Part shown: positions 1 through 12,574 of the stretch, piece after piece | How positions within the stretch are numbered: position 1 is the first letter of the stretch | How the letters are laid out: the number at the start of each line of letters is the position of its first letter | DNA from: Eledone cirrhosa | Taxonomy: Eukaryota | NCBI GenBank assembly: GCA_964016885.1 | Contig: OZ024748.1 | Coordinates: 10,416,001 to 10,480,000, forward strand | Direction of reading: 5' to 3' | DNA: 64,000 nucleotides | Made by a program: the position numbers and the translations under genes | The notes under the pieces: model-generated | What the model saw: only the letters and a program-made list of their open reading frames with translations | Databases searched by the model: none | Told to the model about the DNA's origin: nothing

Positions 1-2173
1 TGAACTCCTCTGTTATAGCCTGAAGGGCAATAATAAATAAGAGGGGGCTAAGGACAGAGCCTTGATGAACGCTAACTTTTACACTAAATTCTTCACACTA
101 TTCATTGTTAATTCTAACCTTACTGACTGTTTCATTATACATAGCTTGTATAGCTCTCACAAGCCATTCATCTACACCTAGTTTTCTAAGAGCCCACCAG
201 ATAATGGAGCAGGGGACTCTGTCAAAAGCTTTCTCCAGGTCTACAAAAGCTAAGTAGAGGGGTTTACTTTTAGCTAGGTACTTCTCTTGTAGTTGTCGTA
301 CAAGTAAAAGAGCGTCTGTGGTACTTTAACCTGACACAAACCCAAACTGCATTTCATCTAGATCAATTTGCTCTCTGATTAGTTGCGCTATAACTCTTTC
401 TGTGACCTTCATGACCTGGTCAACTAACTTAGTGCCTCTATAGTTTCCCCTATCTAGAGCATCCCCTTTACCCTTGTAGCAGTTAATGATGATGCTGCTA
501 CGCCAGTCTTTTGGTATGACCCGATTCTGTATTACTTGGTTAACTATACGGGTGACCATAGTGTGTCCCACCATACCAGATGCCTTCAACATCTCAGCAA
601 CTATCTCCGAAGGCCCAGCTGCCTTGCCTGTCTTCATATCTTTGATTGCTTTACTTATTATACTACCTTTAACTTGCACCACTGGTCCTTCTATTGGATC
701 GATTTGGGGCAGACTATCTTTTTCCCATTTATTCTCCTCATTTAATAGTCTCTCGTAGTGACACTTCCAGGCTATCTTCTTATTAGTATCAGTGAGCGCA
801 AGTACAGCATTATCATTACGGACACACTTCTCCCCGACAATATCACGGTTTTCCTTGACACATTGTCTAGCAATCCTGAACACCTCACGTTTTTGGTCCT
901 CACGTTGTAGAACATGCTTGAACTTTCTATCCTCTGCTACCCTTTATGCAAGGTACACTTGTCTCCTAGTTTCTCTCCTGCCCACTTGATAGTGCTCTCT
1001 ACTTCCCCCATCCTGCCATACTTTCCAAGCCTGCTTTTTGGCCTTGATTGTCTCTTCTACCTTACTGTTCCACCACCAAGTTACTCTCCTCCTGCCAAAA
1101 GGTCTGCTCCAGCCACAGATTTCATCCGTTGCTTTCAGCAGGTTCACTTTCAAGAATTGCCACTGTTCCTCTATATCGCACGTCTCTAATTGCTCTTCCT
1201 TATTGTCAAAGGCATCAAGTAATAAGATTTTAAATTTGTCACTGGCTATGGGGTCCTTCAACTTCCATATTCTTCTCCTCTGTCGTCGAGTACGTCTATT
1301 CCTGACTACTAGGCTATATGGGGAGGTGTATTCTTCACGGGGGAGGGATTTAGTGTTTACAACAGACATTTTGTCCCGTCTTCTAGTAAGGATATAATCT
1401 ATCTGGCTGGCGTGTTCCCTTGATCTATAGGTGATCAAGTGGTTTTCACGTTTTTTGAAGTTTGTGTTACAGATAGTTAGGCTATTTGTGTCACAGAATT
1501 CCAGGATTCTGAAACCCTCCTCATTTCTATTTCCAACCCCATAGCCTCCATGGATTCCATCATCGCCATCACTATGTTGTTCAACGTAACCGTTTAGATC
1601 GCCAGTAATAATTAAGTAGTCACTGTCGGTTATTTGGGAGGTAGTGTGCATTAGCATCTCATAGAACCTGTCCTTTATAACATCAGGTAGACCAGATTGG
1701 GGTGCATAAGCAGATATTATTGTCACAGTAGTTCTATTTAGAACTAGTCTTAATTCAATTATTCTGTCATTCACTCTGTTTACGTAAATTACCTTATCTA
1801 CCCATTTTTCAGCTAACATAATTCCTACACTACCCTGTCCGCTGTCATTTCTCACCCAGAAAAGTTTATAGCATCGTTTTTTACCCACGATGAATCTGGC
1901 AGACCCCCCTCTCCACTTAGTCTCTTGAATACAACAAACATCAACTTCTTTACGTTCAAGAATCTCTACAACCTCATTTGAGCGACCTTTCAATGTGCCT
2001 ACGTTCATGGTACCAACTCTGAAGTCGGAAGGGTGGGATGGATGGGCTGGAGGGGCAGGGAGGGGTGTGGGAGACGGGATTTTGTTGGTCATCTGTGTCT
2101 GAAATAAAGAGGGGTCCTTATATTCTCGTCTTGCAGCGGGAGGTGAATTTATCTTTATCTGTGACATAGTCAT
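1..2173 (-). mobile_element. RTE-clade LINE, APE endonuclease + N-terminal reverse transcriptase, inactivated by two in-frame stops; continues beyond window start
   Basis: APE motifs (GTMNVGTL, CIQETKW, SAYAPQ, GDLNG, QIDYIL) in ORF 944-2173. The same frame continues past TAA at 944-946 into RT (KAAGPS, YKGKGD..NYRG, QFGF) and past TAA at 326-328 (TTDALLL..LQEK..FVDLEKAFD..QGSVLSPLL). Closely similar to the copy at 62044-64000. Confidence 0.93.
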
Positions 2174-2367
2174 TGAGTGCTTACACTTTTCAAATCTCCG
2201 CAGTCAACCCATCTAACAGGTCTAAACTTAAGGAGTAGTAACCGGAGTGGTAGCTTTGCTATACTGATTTGTTAGAGAACTTACTAAAGCCGCTGAGTTA
2301 TGATTGGACCATATAGCAATGGTGGTGTGTGGGGGTGGGATGGCAGGAAATGGGTGACTTTAGGAGA

Positions 2368-2860
2368 AGTTTAGTTTTTATGAAGGGTCCAACAGATTGA
2401 GACATATTAAAAACATGTAAAATAATAATTTAAAATCAGAGAGGAAAATGGAGAATTTGAATTTTAGAGTGGTATAAATAAGAGTTAAAAACACTGCTTA
2501 ATTGAGGAGACTACGGAATAAAGAAAAGACAGGTATTGCTTACATTCTCAAAATCGACAGATCACCCGTAAGATAGTTTGATAGATAAATTCTGTCGTTG
2601 GGAACCACCAAGATTTATTTTATACTTGCGATCAGGCGGGGTGGGGGTGAGAGAAAGAGCAAAGTGTTTACAAAGTTTGCGAGCGAGATGCAGGAAGGTT
2701 CTAGAATAATTATTTAATAACAATACTAGAAGGTTAGTTTTTAGAAAGGGTCCAACAGAAAGAGACATATTATTAAAAATATATAAAATATTAATTGAAG
2801 ATCCGAGAGGAAAACAGAGAATTTGACTTCTAGACTGCTATAAATAGGAGTCTAAAACAT
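2368..2860. repeat. Diverged ~135-bp direct repeat (~2368-2495 and ~2729-2860) upstream of the RTE ORF, probably LINE 5' UTR
   Basis: Both copies read aag(t/g)ttagttttta..aagggtccaacaga..gagacatatt..gagaggaaaa..gagaatttga..tataaata.gagt. Confidence 0.6.
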
Positions 2861-3032
2861 ATATATATATAAATATACATACATATATATATCATCATCA
2901 TCATCATCATCTTCGTTTAACATCTACCTCCACGCTAGCATGGGTTAGACGGAAGTTATCCCACTTGAGGCAAGGTTGGTCGGGTGACCGTGTCTCGCTC
3001 ACATAGGACTATCATATATATATATATATATA

Positions 3033-4140
3033 CTAGCAGAGGTACCCGGCGTTGCTCGGATATTAAATAGCAGGTGTGTATACCATTTATGTCAATACTT
3101 CAGTGCTGCTTCAAAAACTATACTTTTACAAAATCATCGGCTTTTTCCAAAAAGGGGTTCCTGCCCCCAGGGGTCCCCTACCCAATATGTGCCAATTCTG
3201 AGAGTTCACATTCATCTGTAGGACAAACGTAGCCCATGTGTCAAGTTTTGTGAAAATCGGTTGCGAACTCCAGAAGTTATGACGTTTTGTTGCATTGCAC
3301 TGCAGTGCTTCAGTCGACTCCAAGGAAATGGTTAAAGGGGTTATCTGCCGGGAGGCCCTATAATCAATATCTGGAAAAATGACAGTGCCCATGACCATCC
3401 GGAGTACATAAGTTTGGTGAAAATACTGTAGAAATGTATAAGGTTTATACATACACGCGTGCGTGTGTGTGTTTGTGTGTGTGTGGGGTGGGTGGGGGTG
3501 GGGGTGTATGTATTTGTGTGTGCGTATGTATGTGTATGTCCGTCGGGGCATACGTATGTACTGGCCTAAATCTTCACTATTTACTTTTACTATTTTAATA
3601 ACCTCTGTCATTTTCGTTTTCAATTTTTTTTACATCATTTTTAAACTCCGGGGCTGGAAATCATTCTGTTATTTTAAATAGAATATTAGTCTAACGACTC
3701 CATTTATACGATAAACTTGGTCTTGTCTTTGCATAAAATTGTTCTTCACGCTCCACATAACGACGTATTATCCTCGCTTTTTTCCTGTTCATTGCCAGGG
3801 AACGTCTTCACGAACCAAAATATAGTCTTCCTGTTTTCGTTCGGTTGCAACGTTTCTCGAAATAATTACTTCTGCGTTCACAGATTACTCTCAGTTCAAT
3901 TTGAATGGGAAATTCCTGTTTCATCGATTTTCTCCGTAACTATGGAAGATTGTAGCTTGAAAGTCGAAGTGTCTTAATTCTACTTTTGAAAAGCATGAAC
4001 TGTGAAACCGGTAAAGGAAACAAATAAATATTCTTAAAAAGACTCCAGTTAAAACTTTCGATTTCTTTTTCTTATACTTTCATTCGTGTAGGACATCTCA
4101 TTTTTTTTCATTTAAAAAAAACCTCATTTTCTTATATATA
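3033..4140 (-). mobile_element. Non-autonomous Helitron-like element
   Basis: Minus-strand 3' end ccgagcaacgccggg (hairpin)-tacctctg-CTAG|T at 3033. A TATATAAGAAAATGAGG-type 5' region lies near 4140; the 5' boundary is approximate. Confidence 0.6.
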
Positions 4141-4242
4141 TATATATATTTATATACACACACACATATATATACACATATATATATATATGTGTAAATA
4201 TGATAATAATGATGGCTGCCCGTTGCAAATAGTGGTGCATAT

Positions 4243-5030
4243 GAAAAAGTAAGTCCTTCATCAGTGACCCTCCAACCGTCCCAGGCATTTCATCGCTTTA
4301 AGGGCCATATGCCTCAGGTTGGTGCGAACAACGGCTAAAAAAAGTCGTTGGGACACGTAAATAAAGGGGACGTTAGGGTAACAAACAAAATGGTTTAAGC
4401 AACGGAAAGTGAGAAGAAATAGACAAGTCCCAGATCTCTATGAATATAAACTCGTTGAAATGTGAGAAAGGAAGGAATTTCGCACAAGTCTAACGGGGGG
4501 GAAGAAGAAGAATAAGAAGAAGGGGTCTGGTCTACGAATTCGGTAAACATAAGTTTTGTGAAGTCGCAGACGAAAGAGAGAGCACTTGGCTTTCCATGCT
4601 AGCATGGGTTGGACAAGGAAGGAGGGATGTGTGTGTGTGTATATTTTTTTTTCTCTCTCTCTTTCGTCTGCGACTTCACAAAACTTATGTTTACCGAATT
4701 CGTAGACCAGACCCCTTCTTCTTCTTCTTCTTCTTCTTCCCCCCCGTTAGACTTGTGCGAAATTCCTTCCTTTCTCACATTTCAACCAGGTTTGATGGTC
4801 TTTTGTCTCTTGTTCACGATTTCATCGAGTTTATATTCATAGAGATCTGGGACTTGTCTATTTCTTCTCACTTTCCGTTGCTTAAACCATTTTGTTTGTT
4901 ACCCTAACGTCCCCTTTATTTACGTGTCCCAACGACTTTTTTTAGCTGTTGTTCGCACCAACCTGAGGCATATGGCCCTTAAAGCGATGAAATGCCTGGG
5001 ACGGTTGGAGGGTCACTGATGAAGGACTCA

Positions 5031-5037
<7 letters not shown>
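4243..5037. repeat. Long inverted repeat (arms ~4243-4582 and ~4652-5037, ~70-bp spacer)
   Basis: aagtccttcatcagtgaccctccaaccgtcccagg at 4251 is the reverse complement of the sequence ending near 5028. The arms match throughout except a ~35-40 bp indel and (GAA)n length. Confidence 0.9.
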
Positions 5038-5074
<37 letters not shown>

Positions 5075-5115
5075 TATATATACATATATATATACACACA
5101 AACATATATATATAT

Positions 5116-5443
5116 GGAGGCACATGGCTTAGTGGTTGGAGCATTGGCCTTGCAATCGAAAGGTTGTGAGTTCAATTCTCAGACCGGGTGATGTGTTGTT
5201 TCCTTGAGCAAGACACTTTATTTCACATTGCTTCAGTTTACTCAGCTGTAGAAATGAGATGATAGGGACTGGGTTCCCTATCATTCCACTGCGAAGTGGA
5301 CATGTAGGCGCCACGGCAAAAAAGCACCCAGCACTCACTGTAAATGAGGTTGGTGTTAGGAAGGGCATCCAGCTGTAGAAATCAAGCCAGAATCAGTTCC
5401 CGTCCCACCCTTGCAAGCAGGGAAAAGCGGACATAAAATGAAA

Positions 5444-5447
<4 letters not shown>
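5116..5447 (+). mobile_element. tRNA-derived CORE-type SINE with RTE-derived 3' tail
   Basis: A box TGGCTTAGTGG, B box GAGTTCAATTC, CORE-like ccttgagcaagacactttatttcac..ctcagctgtagaaatgag, then a tail matching the RTE 3' UTR at 61741-61990. Confidence 0.85.
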
Positions 5448-5511
<64 letters not shown>

Positions 5512-6756
5512 TATTTCAAAAATTAAAATAAAAACAAATACCTTACACCCACTCTCATCTGAAACAAGAAACTTTTTCATTGAATAGAAATCCTAAAGGT
5601 TTTGCACCCAACACCTAAGTAACACACATATATACACATTTATATATATATCATCATCATTATCATTGAAATGTATAGAAAATAGAAATGGAATAGTAAA
5701 AGTTTTGCACACAACACTAAATTACACACATACACACACACATATATATATACACATGTGTGTATAGAATATAGAATAAAGAAGACCTTTCTAAAATACA
5801 AAGTGTTTATAATTGTATAATTTACAATTTTGAAAGTCTTGAAACGAAAGGCATTGGAATTCAAATCCTCATACACAAAGAAAAGACAGAAAGAAAGAAA
5901 GAGGCAAAAGAGAAGTTAATATTTTAAAAAAAAATTTTTTAAACCCCATTCCCACTCACAAGGCTGCATCCTCCCCTAAAAAACAACATAAAAACAAAAA
6001 TCTCTAAAACTGAAAGATTTCTTCACATTTATCCCAGGTAAGAAATTATGACATCTTAATTCAAGGTGAATTCTCAGGTAATAACTATGCAACACTATAT
6101 AGTGCTGATATCAATGTTTGTTTTTCTTTACTGTATGTATACATAGTGATACATACACATACAAATACACACATATATATGTATATAAATATATATATAC
6201 ATACATTTATTATATATTAAATATATATATATATATACGCATATATACACATATATACACACACACACACAAATATATATATATATATATACATACGTGT
6301 GTGCGTACACACACACGTATCAAGAAAAGACACCAGCACATCATACACAAATAAACCACACAAACACTTATGTAAACTCTACTTCAGTATTGAGTACTTT
6401 TTAACACGTCTGTCAATAATACACACATGTATATCATCATCATCATCATCATCATGAATTAACATTGGTTTTCTTTAGCCCACCTCTAAAGTGTTTACCT
6501 TTAAGTATTACAACTTTCTTATCTGCTCTGTATGTGTATAATTAGGTATATGTGGGTGGGAAGGGGTGTGTGTGTGTGTGTGAATGAGTGTGCACATGTG
6601 TCCGTGTGTGCGAGTATACACACACATATATATATATATATGTATATACATTATCCTCACCTTTTAAGTCATTTTTCCATTATGATATATATATATATAT
6701 CCAAACCCATGCAAGCGTGGAAGATGGACGTTAAACGATGATGATGATATATATAT

Positions 6757-7520
6757 ATCATCATCGTTTTACATCCGTTCTTCCACGCTAGCATGGGTTA
6801 GACGGGTTGTCCTGTTGTGGGCAGTGTCCAGTCGGCTGACTTTGCCTTGCTCATACAGGAACTGATTCTGGCTTGATTTCTACAGCTGGATGCCCTTCCT
6901 AACACCAACCTCATTTACAGTGAGTGCTGGGTGCTTTTTTTTTCGTGACGCCTACACGTCGACTTGACAGTGTGGGCTGGGTGCTTTTTTGCCATGGCAC
7001 CTCCACGAGCACTTTCGAGTGGGAGGATGTGGGGGCATATTGTCTATATGCTTCAGCTTGTTCCTGTGGGAAGTTGGGTCTTCTGTATTACTGCGTGATG
7101 CCAGAGGTCACAGTCGTGTGTCATTACCCTTGAGAGGTGCAATTGGGGAAGGTCAACTTTTATCACCTCATCCCTGGTCTTCTTGGGTCACCCCTCTCCA
7201 CGGCTTCCATCGACTTCTAGTACTCTGCACCTTTTTATTCAGCTGTCATCCTTCATATGCATCACAAGTCCATACCAACATAACTTCCTCGCCTGCACAC
7301 AGCATTTGATTCCTCTTATGCTCATTCTCTCTCTCAATTTGTTTATGCTTTACTGTTCGCGTATATTACTATTACACATCCATTGGAGCATGCAAGCTTC
7401 GTTTCTTTCTAATCTGTGCAAGTTTTCTACAGACAGCGCCCAGGTCTCACTACCATGTAACATTGCTGTTCATATACACGCATCATACAGTCTGCCTTTC
7501 ATTTTGAGGGAAAAGCCTTA
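6757..7520 (-). mobile_element. 5'-truncated RTE LINE (degenerate ORF C-terminus, 3' UTR, (GAT)n tail)
   Basis: Collinear with 61741-62510 (GRLYDAC, LERNEACML, LVWTC/RWYGHV region). Confidence 0.85.
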
Positions 7521-7536
7521 TATGAGGGAAAAAACC

Positions 7537-7572
<36 letters not shown>

Positions 7573-7630
7573 GCGATATATATATAAATACATACACACA
7601 CATATATATATATATATCTGTATCCCAGGC

Positions 7631-7750
7631 CAAGAAGAAGAAGAAGATGAAGAAGAAGAAGAAAAAGAAGAAGAAAAAGAAAAAGAAAAAGAAAAAGAAA
7701 AAGAAAAAGAAAAAGAAAAAGAAAAAGACGAAGACGAAGAAGAAGAAGGC
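7631..7750. repeat. Polypurine microsatellite (GAA)n/(GAAAAA)n
   Basis: Directly visible. Confidence 0.9.
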
Positions 7751-9015
7751 AAAGAATCTACATAATCACGGACTAGATCCCATAATTACATCAATAATGT
7801 ATCATAATCTATAAAGCTCAGTGTATGGTCAAGTTTCTTTGTTATAGAAATCTACGATATAGAATTTCTTCAATTGAAATTTACAATTCAGTATTCGAAA
7901 TAGCTTCGATTGGGTCTTGGCACATATAATTTTTTCAATTTCACCCACAATTACGCAAAAAATCGATAAAACTCAATATTTTACGATTTTCCTCTCTCAT
8001 TTCAACTGCTAAACTCTTTCCATTACCATTCAAAATCTATACAACTTCATACGTTCTGCTACTTTCTCTTTACAAGCTGAAACAACTATTCTTTTCATTT
8101 TACATTGTTCATGTTGATGGTGATACTGTCCGTTTTACTCTCTCACTCATACACTTTACAGACTAAACAACAAAAACGTACAATTTCGCCACATTAACGT
8201 ACAATTTCGTTTATTCTAAATGTGAGTCTTCAAACCGATTTATTTATTTGAAAACACATACAAACACACACTCACATCAAATGAATAATTAAACTTTAAA
8301 TCAATTTAACCACATGCCGGATTTCTAACCACACATACACACTTCATTAACAAATAAAAATTCTAATTTGCGACAATTATTTTCTTTCAATCGTAAACTC
8401 AAACGACATAATTATTTTCATTTCTGGTTGTCAATCTTCATGGCGATAATACTACCCTTCCATTTCACATCATGTGAGTTAACAAATAATTTTTTAAAAC
8501 ACTATTCGCAGACTTCCTTAAACAACAAGATCAATTGCGTAGCCGGTATTCATTATGTAGCCGGTAAAGCTATGTAGCAGGTAAAAGGCTATGTAGTCAG
8601 TACGATGTTATATAGCATAAAAAGTTTATATAACCGGTAAATGTTATGTCGCCGTTAGCATGTGTGTGTATATTACCGTCAATACACACGTGTGTGTGTG
8701 CGTGTTTCACTGTAGTTTTCGTTAACAATGACGAGAGTACAATCGCGCCAGAAACAATTCAATTTCTCATTCTTAACTGCTAGGGACGTTCACAGGTTCA
8801 TTAAGTACTTTCAGTAAGGAATAAAAAAATTAGGGATTGAACCAAAAACCACGACATAAACAGGCACCAACAAACGTTTTCTTTGTCCTGTCAAAAAGTT
8901 ATTGATCCTATTCCTTTCACCTACGACCTCAGTTAGGTCAGGCGAAAGTCAAATAGACAGGGGATCACCTATGTAGGTACAAACTCTGCTGCGGTATGTC
9001 TATTTTTTTAGCTAA

Positions 9016-9115
9016 TATATATATATATATATATATATAAACCGTGTATAAAAATATAACATAAATTCATTTAACACAACTGAAACTGGATTTTAGTCTT
9101 CAAATTTATTATTAT

Positions 9116-9188
<73 letters not shown>

Positions 9189-9333
9189 ATATTCGTATAC
9201 AGATATTTTTGCATACACAGTAACAACATATAAACAAACGCATTTATTTGACGAGGCTCGATAAGGATAAATATATATCAAATATATAAGAACCCTAGAG
9301 CAAATCCCGAGCAATGCCGGGCCATTCTGCTAG
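9016..9333 (+). mobile_element. 3' part of a non-autonomous Helitron (same family as 18022-18852)
   Basis: accctagagcaaatcccgagcaatgccgggccattctg-CTAG|T, nearly identical to 18811-18853. 5' boundary uncertain. Confidence 0.7.
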
Positions 9334-9715
9334 TCTAACATATGTACATGATCTTTACTTTGTGGACTTGCATAATTGCTGATAGTTATATTACATTGAT
9401 CTTATTCATATCTTGATATCACTTAAGTGGATACCTCCATTTGTAATTCAATTCTTTATCATCATCATTGTTTAATGTCCAGTTTCGCTGCTAGCAAGGG
9501 TTGGACGGGTCTTTATATATATACCTAGTGTGGGCACATGTGTTTGTTTGTATGCATGTGTGTGTGTGTGTTTGTATGTATGCATGCACATGTTTGTATG
9601 CATGCGCGTGTGTGTATGCATGTGTGTGCATACACACACACACACATATATATACACACATATATATACATACACACACACATATATATATATATATACA
9701 CACACATATATATGT

Positions 9716-9754
<39 letters not shown>

Positions 9755-9757
9755 TGT

Positions 9758-9823
<66 letters not shown>

Positions 9824-10243
9824 CTATATATATATAAATCTATATATATATAAATCACTGGGAGAGATGACCCCTCAGCCTTTGTCAAGGCAGAATTCTA
9901 GGAGAAGGAAAACTCTGATATAACACCTGCAACTCTGATGGTATCCAATGATGTTGACTTGTTCTTCTTTTTGGTAAATATCATCTTGGTTAAGAGAGTG
10001 GGACTGGCTTTGTGCAGTGCCTTTGCTCACTATAAAAGCTTCACGGCACAGGCATTGCTTTATATCTGGAGATCTCTCTGCACTTGTCGTCACATGGTAC
10101 CATGGGCCTAGCACTGTGTCAATAATTGTCACAGGTGTAGTGTTTGTACCAGAGTTTGTCACAGGTGTAGTGTTTATACCAGAGTATATATATATATATA
10201 TACGATATTAAACAAATGGAAACTATATTTATAAAACCATATT

Positions 10244-10309
10244 TATTTCATTATACATATTTCAGGGATACCATATTAAAAATATGGCATGCCTTCGTCA
10301 GATAAAATA
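10244..10309 (-). ncRNA. Minimal type-I hammerhead ribozyme motif (mirror copy in the palindrome)
   Basis: Exact reverse complement of 10447-10512. Confidence 0.78.
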
Positions 10310-10446
10310 CAATATATAAACAGTTTTATAAATAATTTTGACGTACCATAATATGAGCGACCATTAAATTAGGAGGCAGCCTCCTAATTTAATGGTCGTT
10401 CATATTATGGTACGTCAAAATTATTTATAAAACTGTTTATATATTG

Positions 10447-10512
10447 TATTTTATCTGACGAAGGCATGCCATATTTTTAATATGGTATCCCTGAAATATG
10501 TATAATGAAATA
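10447..10512 (+). ncRNA. Minimal type-I hammerhead ribozyme motif
   Basis: TATTTTAT - CTGACGA - stem II AGGCATGCCATATT/TTT/AATATGGTATCCCT - GAAA - T ATGT A - TA (AUA cleavage triplet) - ATGAAATA (pairs with 5' stem I). Confidence 0.8.
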
Positions 10513-10640
10513 AATATGGTTTTATAAATATAGTTTCCATTTGTTTAATATCGTATATCTACTCCAAAAACTTGTCGAGTGCTTTATATCAGTTATAAAA
10601 TATTTACTTGTTGTAACCCAACAATTTTAAATAAAACTTT

Positions 10641-10697
<57 letters not shown>

Positions 10698-10913
10698 ATA
10701 TATGAGTATGTATACGTACATACATATATGTATACAGACGTACAGTAGTATGTATATATATACATGCCTGCACACATATATATATGTACGTATGGATTCA
10801 CCGAACATTTATTATAATGCTTGGTGTGTTTGTAAACAAACATCCTGAATTAAGCCGTACAGTGTCTAGCAACCATCGTTGCTCATTTGTTCAACACTGA
10901 CAAATGAACGGTG

Positions 10914-10944
10914 TACTAGTTTCAAGCTTATTAGCTATCGTCAG
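10914..10944 (-). ncRNA. Degenerate hammerhead core
   Basis: CTGACGA-T-AGC-TAATAA-GCT-T-GAAA-CTAG-TA on the minus strand. Stem I is not formed. Confidence 0.4.
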
Positions 10945-11099
10945 ATGTATATATATGTATATATATATATATGTATATATGTGTTTGTGTATTTATGTGT
11001 GTGTGTATGTATGGATATATATATATATATATATTAATTCAAAATATTAACAAAAATAGACATTCGTGTGATCAAGTATATTTTATTATACATATTTCG

Positions 11100-11763
11100 A
11101 ACTAAGGAATAAATTAGAGATAAGAGGGATCAGATGTTGTTTACTCGAGAGAAGGCTACGTTGGTATGGACACGTGATGCGCATGAAAGTCGATAGCTGT
11201 ATAACAAAGTGCAGGGCAATAAAGATAGACGGTAGTCACGGAATAGGCAGACCTAGAAAAACCTGGGACGAGCTGATAAACTCCGACATCACACACTTAC
11301 ACCTCTCCAAGACAATGTCACTGGACCGAGACCTTTGGCGGTACTCAGTAACAGAGAGGACCCGCCTTACCTAAATATATAGTAAAACCTACTCCAGCCA
11401 GTAGGCATCTCTAACAAATACACCCCGTCCCACCACCCCCACCCGATCCACACCACCCCGTTCTATGTAAAGTTATGTTGGTGCCGCGCCATCGAGGCCG
11501 AAACAAATGAGATCGTGTAGGTGTCACGACAAAAAAACACACAGTCCACGCTGTAATGTGGCCGTGTAGGCAACACGGTAAAAACCTCCCAGACCCACAC
11601 TGTAAATGTGGTTGGTGTTAGGAAGGGCATCCAGCCGTAGAAAACCTGCCAGACAGTCCTATGCGAGCAAGACAATCACTCTTGCCTCAAGTGGGACTAC
11701 CCCCGTCCAAACCCATGCAAGCGTGGAACATGGACGTTAAACGCTGATGATGATGATGATGAT
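11100..11763 (+). mobile_element. 5'-truncated RTE LINE 3' end (second subfamily) with (GAT)n tail
   Basis: RLRWYGHVMRM..GRPRKTW..DRDLWR, then a 3' UTR ending cccatgcaagcgtggaacatggacgttaaacgctgatgatgat. Further 3'-UTR copies at 12765-13245 (+) and 55036-55187 (-). Confidence 0.85.
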
Positions 11764-11813
11764 TTCAGAGGTACTGAGCTATCTTCAACAGTACCTCCTC
11801 ATCAGATAAAATA
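11763..11813 (-). ncRNA. Truncated type-I hammerhead motif (same stem I as 10447 and 20905)
   Basis: Minus strand TATTTTAT-CTGATGA-GGAGGTACTG/TTGAAGATAGCT/CAGTACCTCT-GAAA, then cut off by the adjacent RTE tail. Confidence 0.6.
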
Positions 11814-12531
11814 AGATGATGCATGACATACCCTGACTTAGTAGATGGTTAAGATTCAGTCATGGTAAACCAAATATGTGGAGTGCTTCCAATCTATTGT
11901 AAAACTCATTTGATTTATTCATTGAACCTTGTTTAACCTTTAAATATATATATATAAATGTGTGTGTGTGTATGTATGTATATGTGTGTGTGTGCGTGTG
12001 TGTGTGTGTGTGTATGCGTGTGTGTGTGTGTGTGTGCGCGTGTGTGTTTATCTACTTTTATATTTATTCTTTTTCCTTTCCTTCTTCCTTTTCCAGCCTC
12101 ACTTTTATATAGATTGTATTTTTGTTTTTAAAATCCACTGTCAATAAATACACCAGGATTTTTTCATTCTGATGACTGAAAGCAAATTTTGTTTGCTTTC
12201 AAGAAACCACTGGTAAATGGAATAATTGCCTTATGTTGTTTATTACATAACTATTAAGCTCTGTTACCTACATAGAGCACTCTTTTTTCCTGAACTTTTC
12301 CGACGGAATTACTTCATATATATATATATATATCATCATCATCATCATCATCACCGTTTTACGTCCGTTCTTCCACGCTAGCATGGGTTAGACGGGTTGT
12401 CCTGCTGTGGGCAGTGTCTGGTCGGCTGACCATGCCTTACTCATACAGGAACTGATTTGGCTTGATTTCTACAGCTGGATGCCCTTTCTAACACCAAATA
12501 TATACATATATACATACATACACACATATGT

Positions 12532-12574
<43 letters not shown>

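Larger units (their letters stand above)
10198..10558. repeat. 361-bp near-perfect palindrome (180-bp arms, centre 10378)
   Basis: Centre aggaggc-a-gcctcct. The only mismatch I found is G10357/T10399. Confidence 0.95.

Noticed and set aside
486-1397. Plus-strand ORFs over LINEs (also 62174-63289) and 45312-45833 over DHX38 exon 1
   Set aside because: Antisense shadows of real coding sequence.
5116-5190. tRNA gene (also ~42170-42241 and ~48670-48744)
   Set aside because: A/B boxes run straight into a SINE body and tail; no proper cloverleaf acceptor stem.
9472-9888. Many short ORFs rich in YI/CV/HT (also near 6.1, 10.6, 19.4, 22.4 and 39.8 kb)
   Set aside because: Translations of (TA)n and (CA)n microsatellites.
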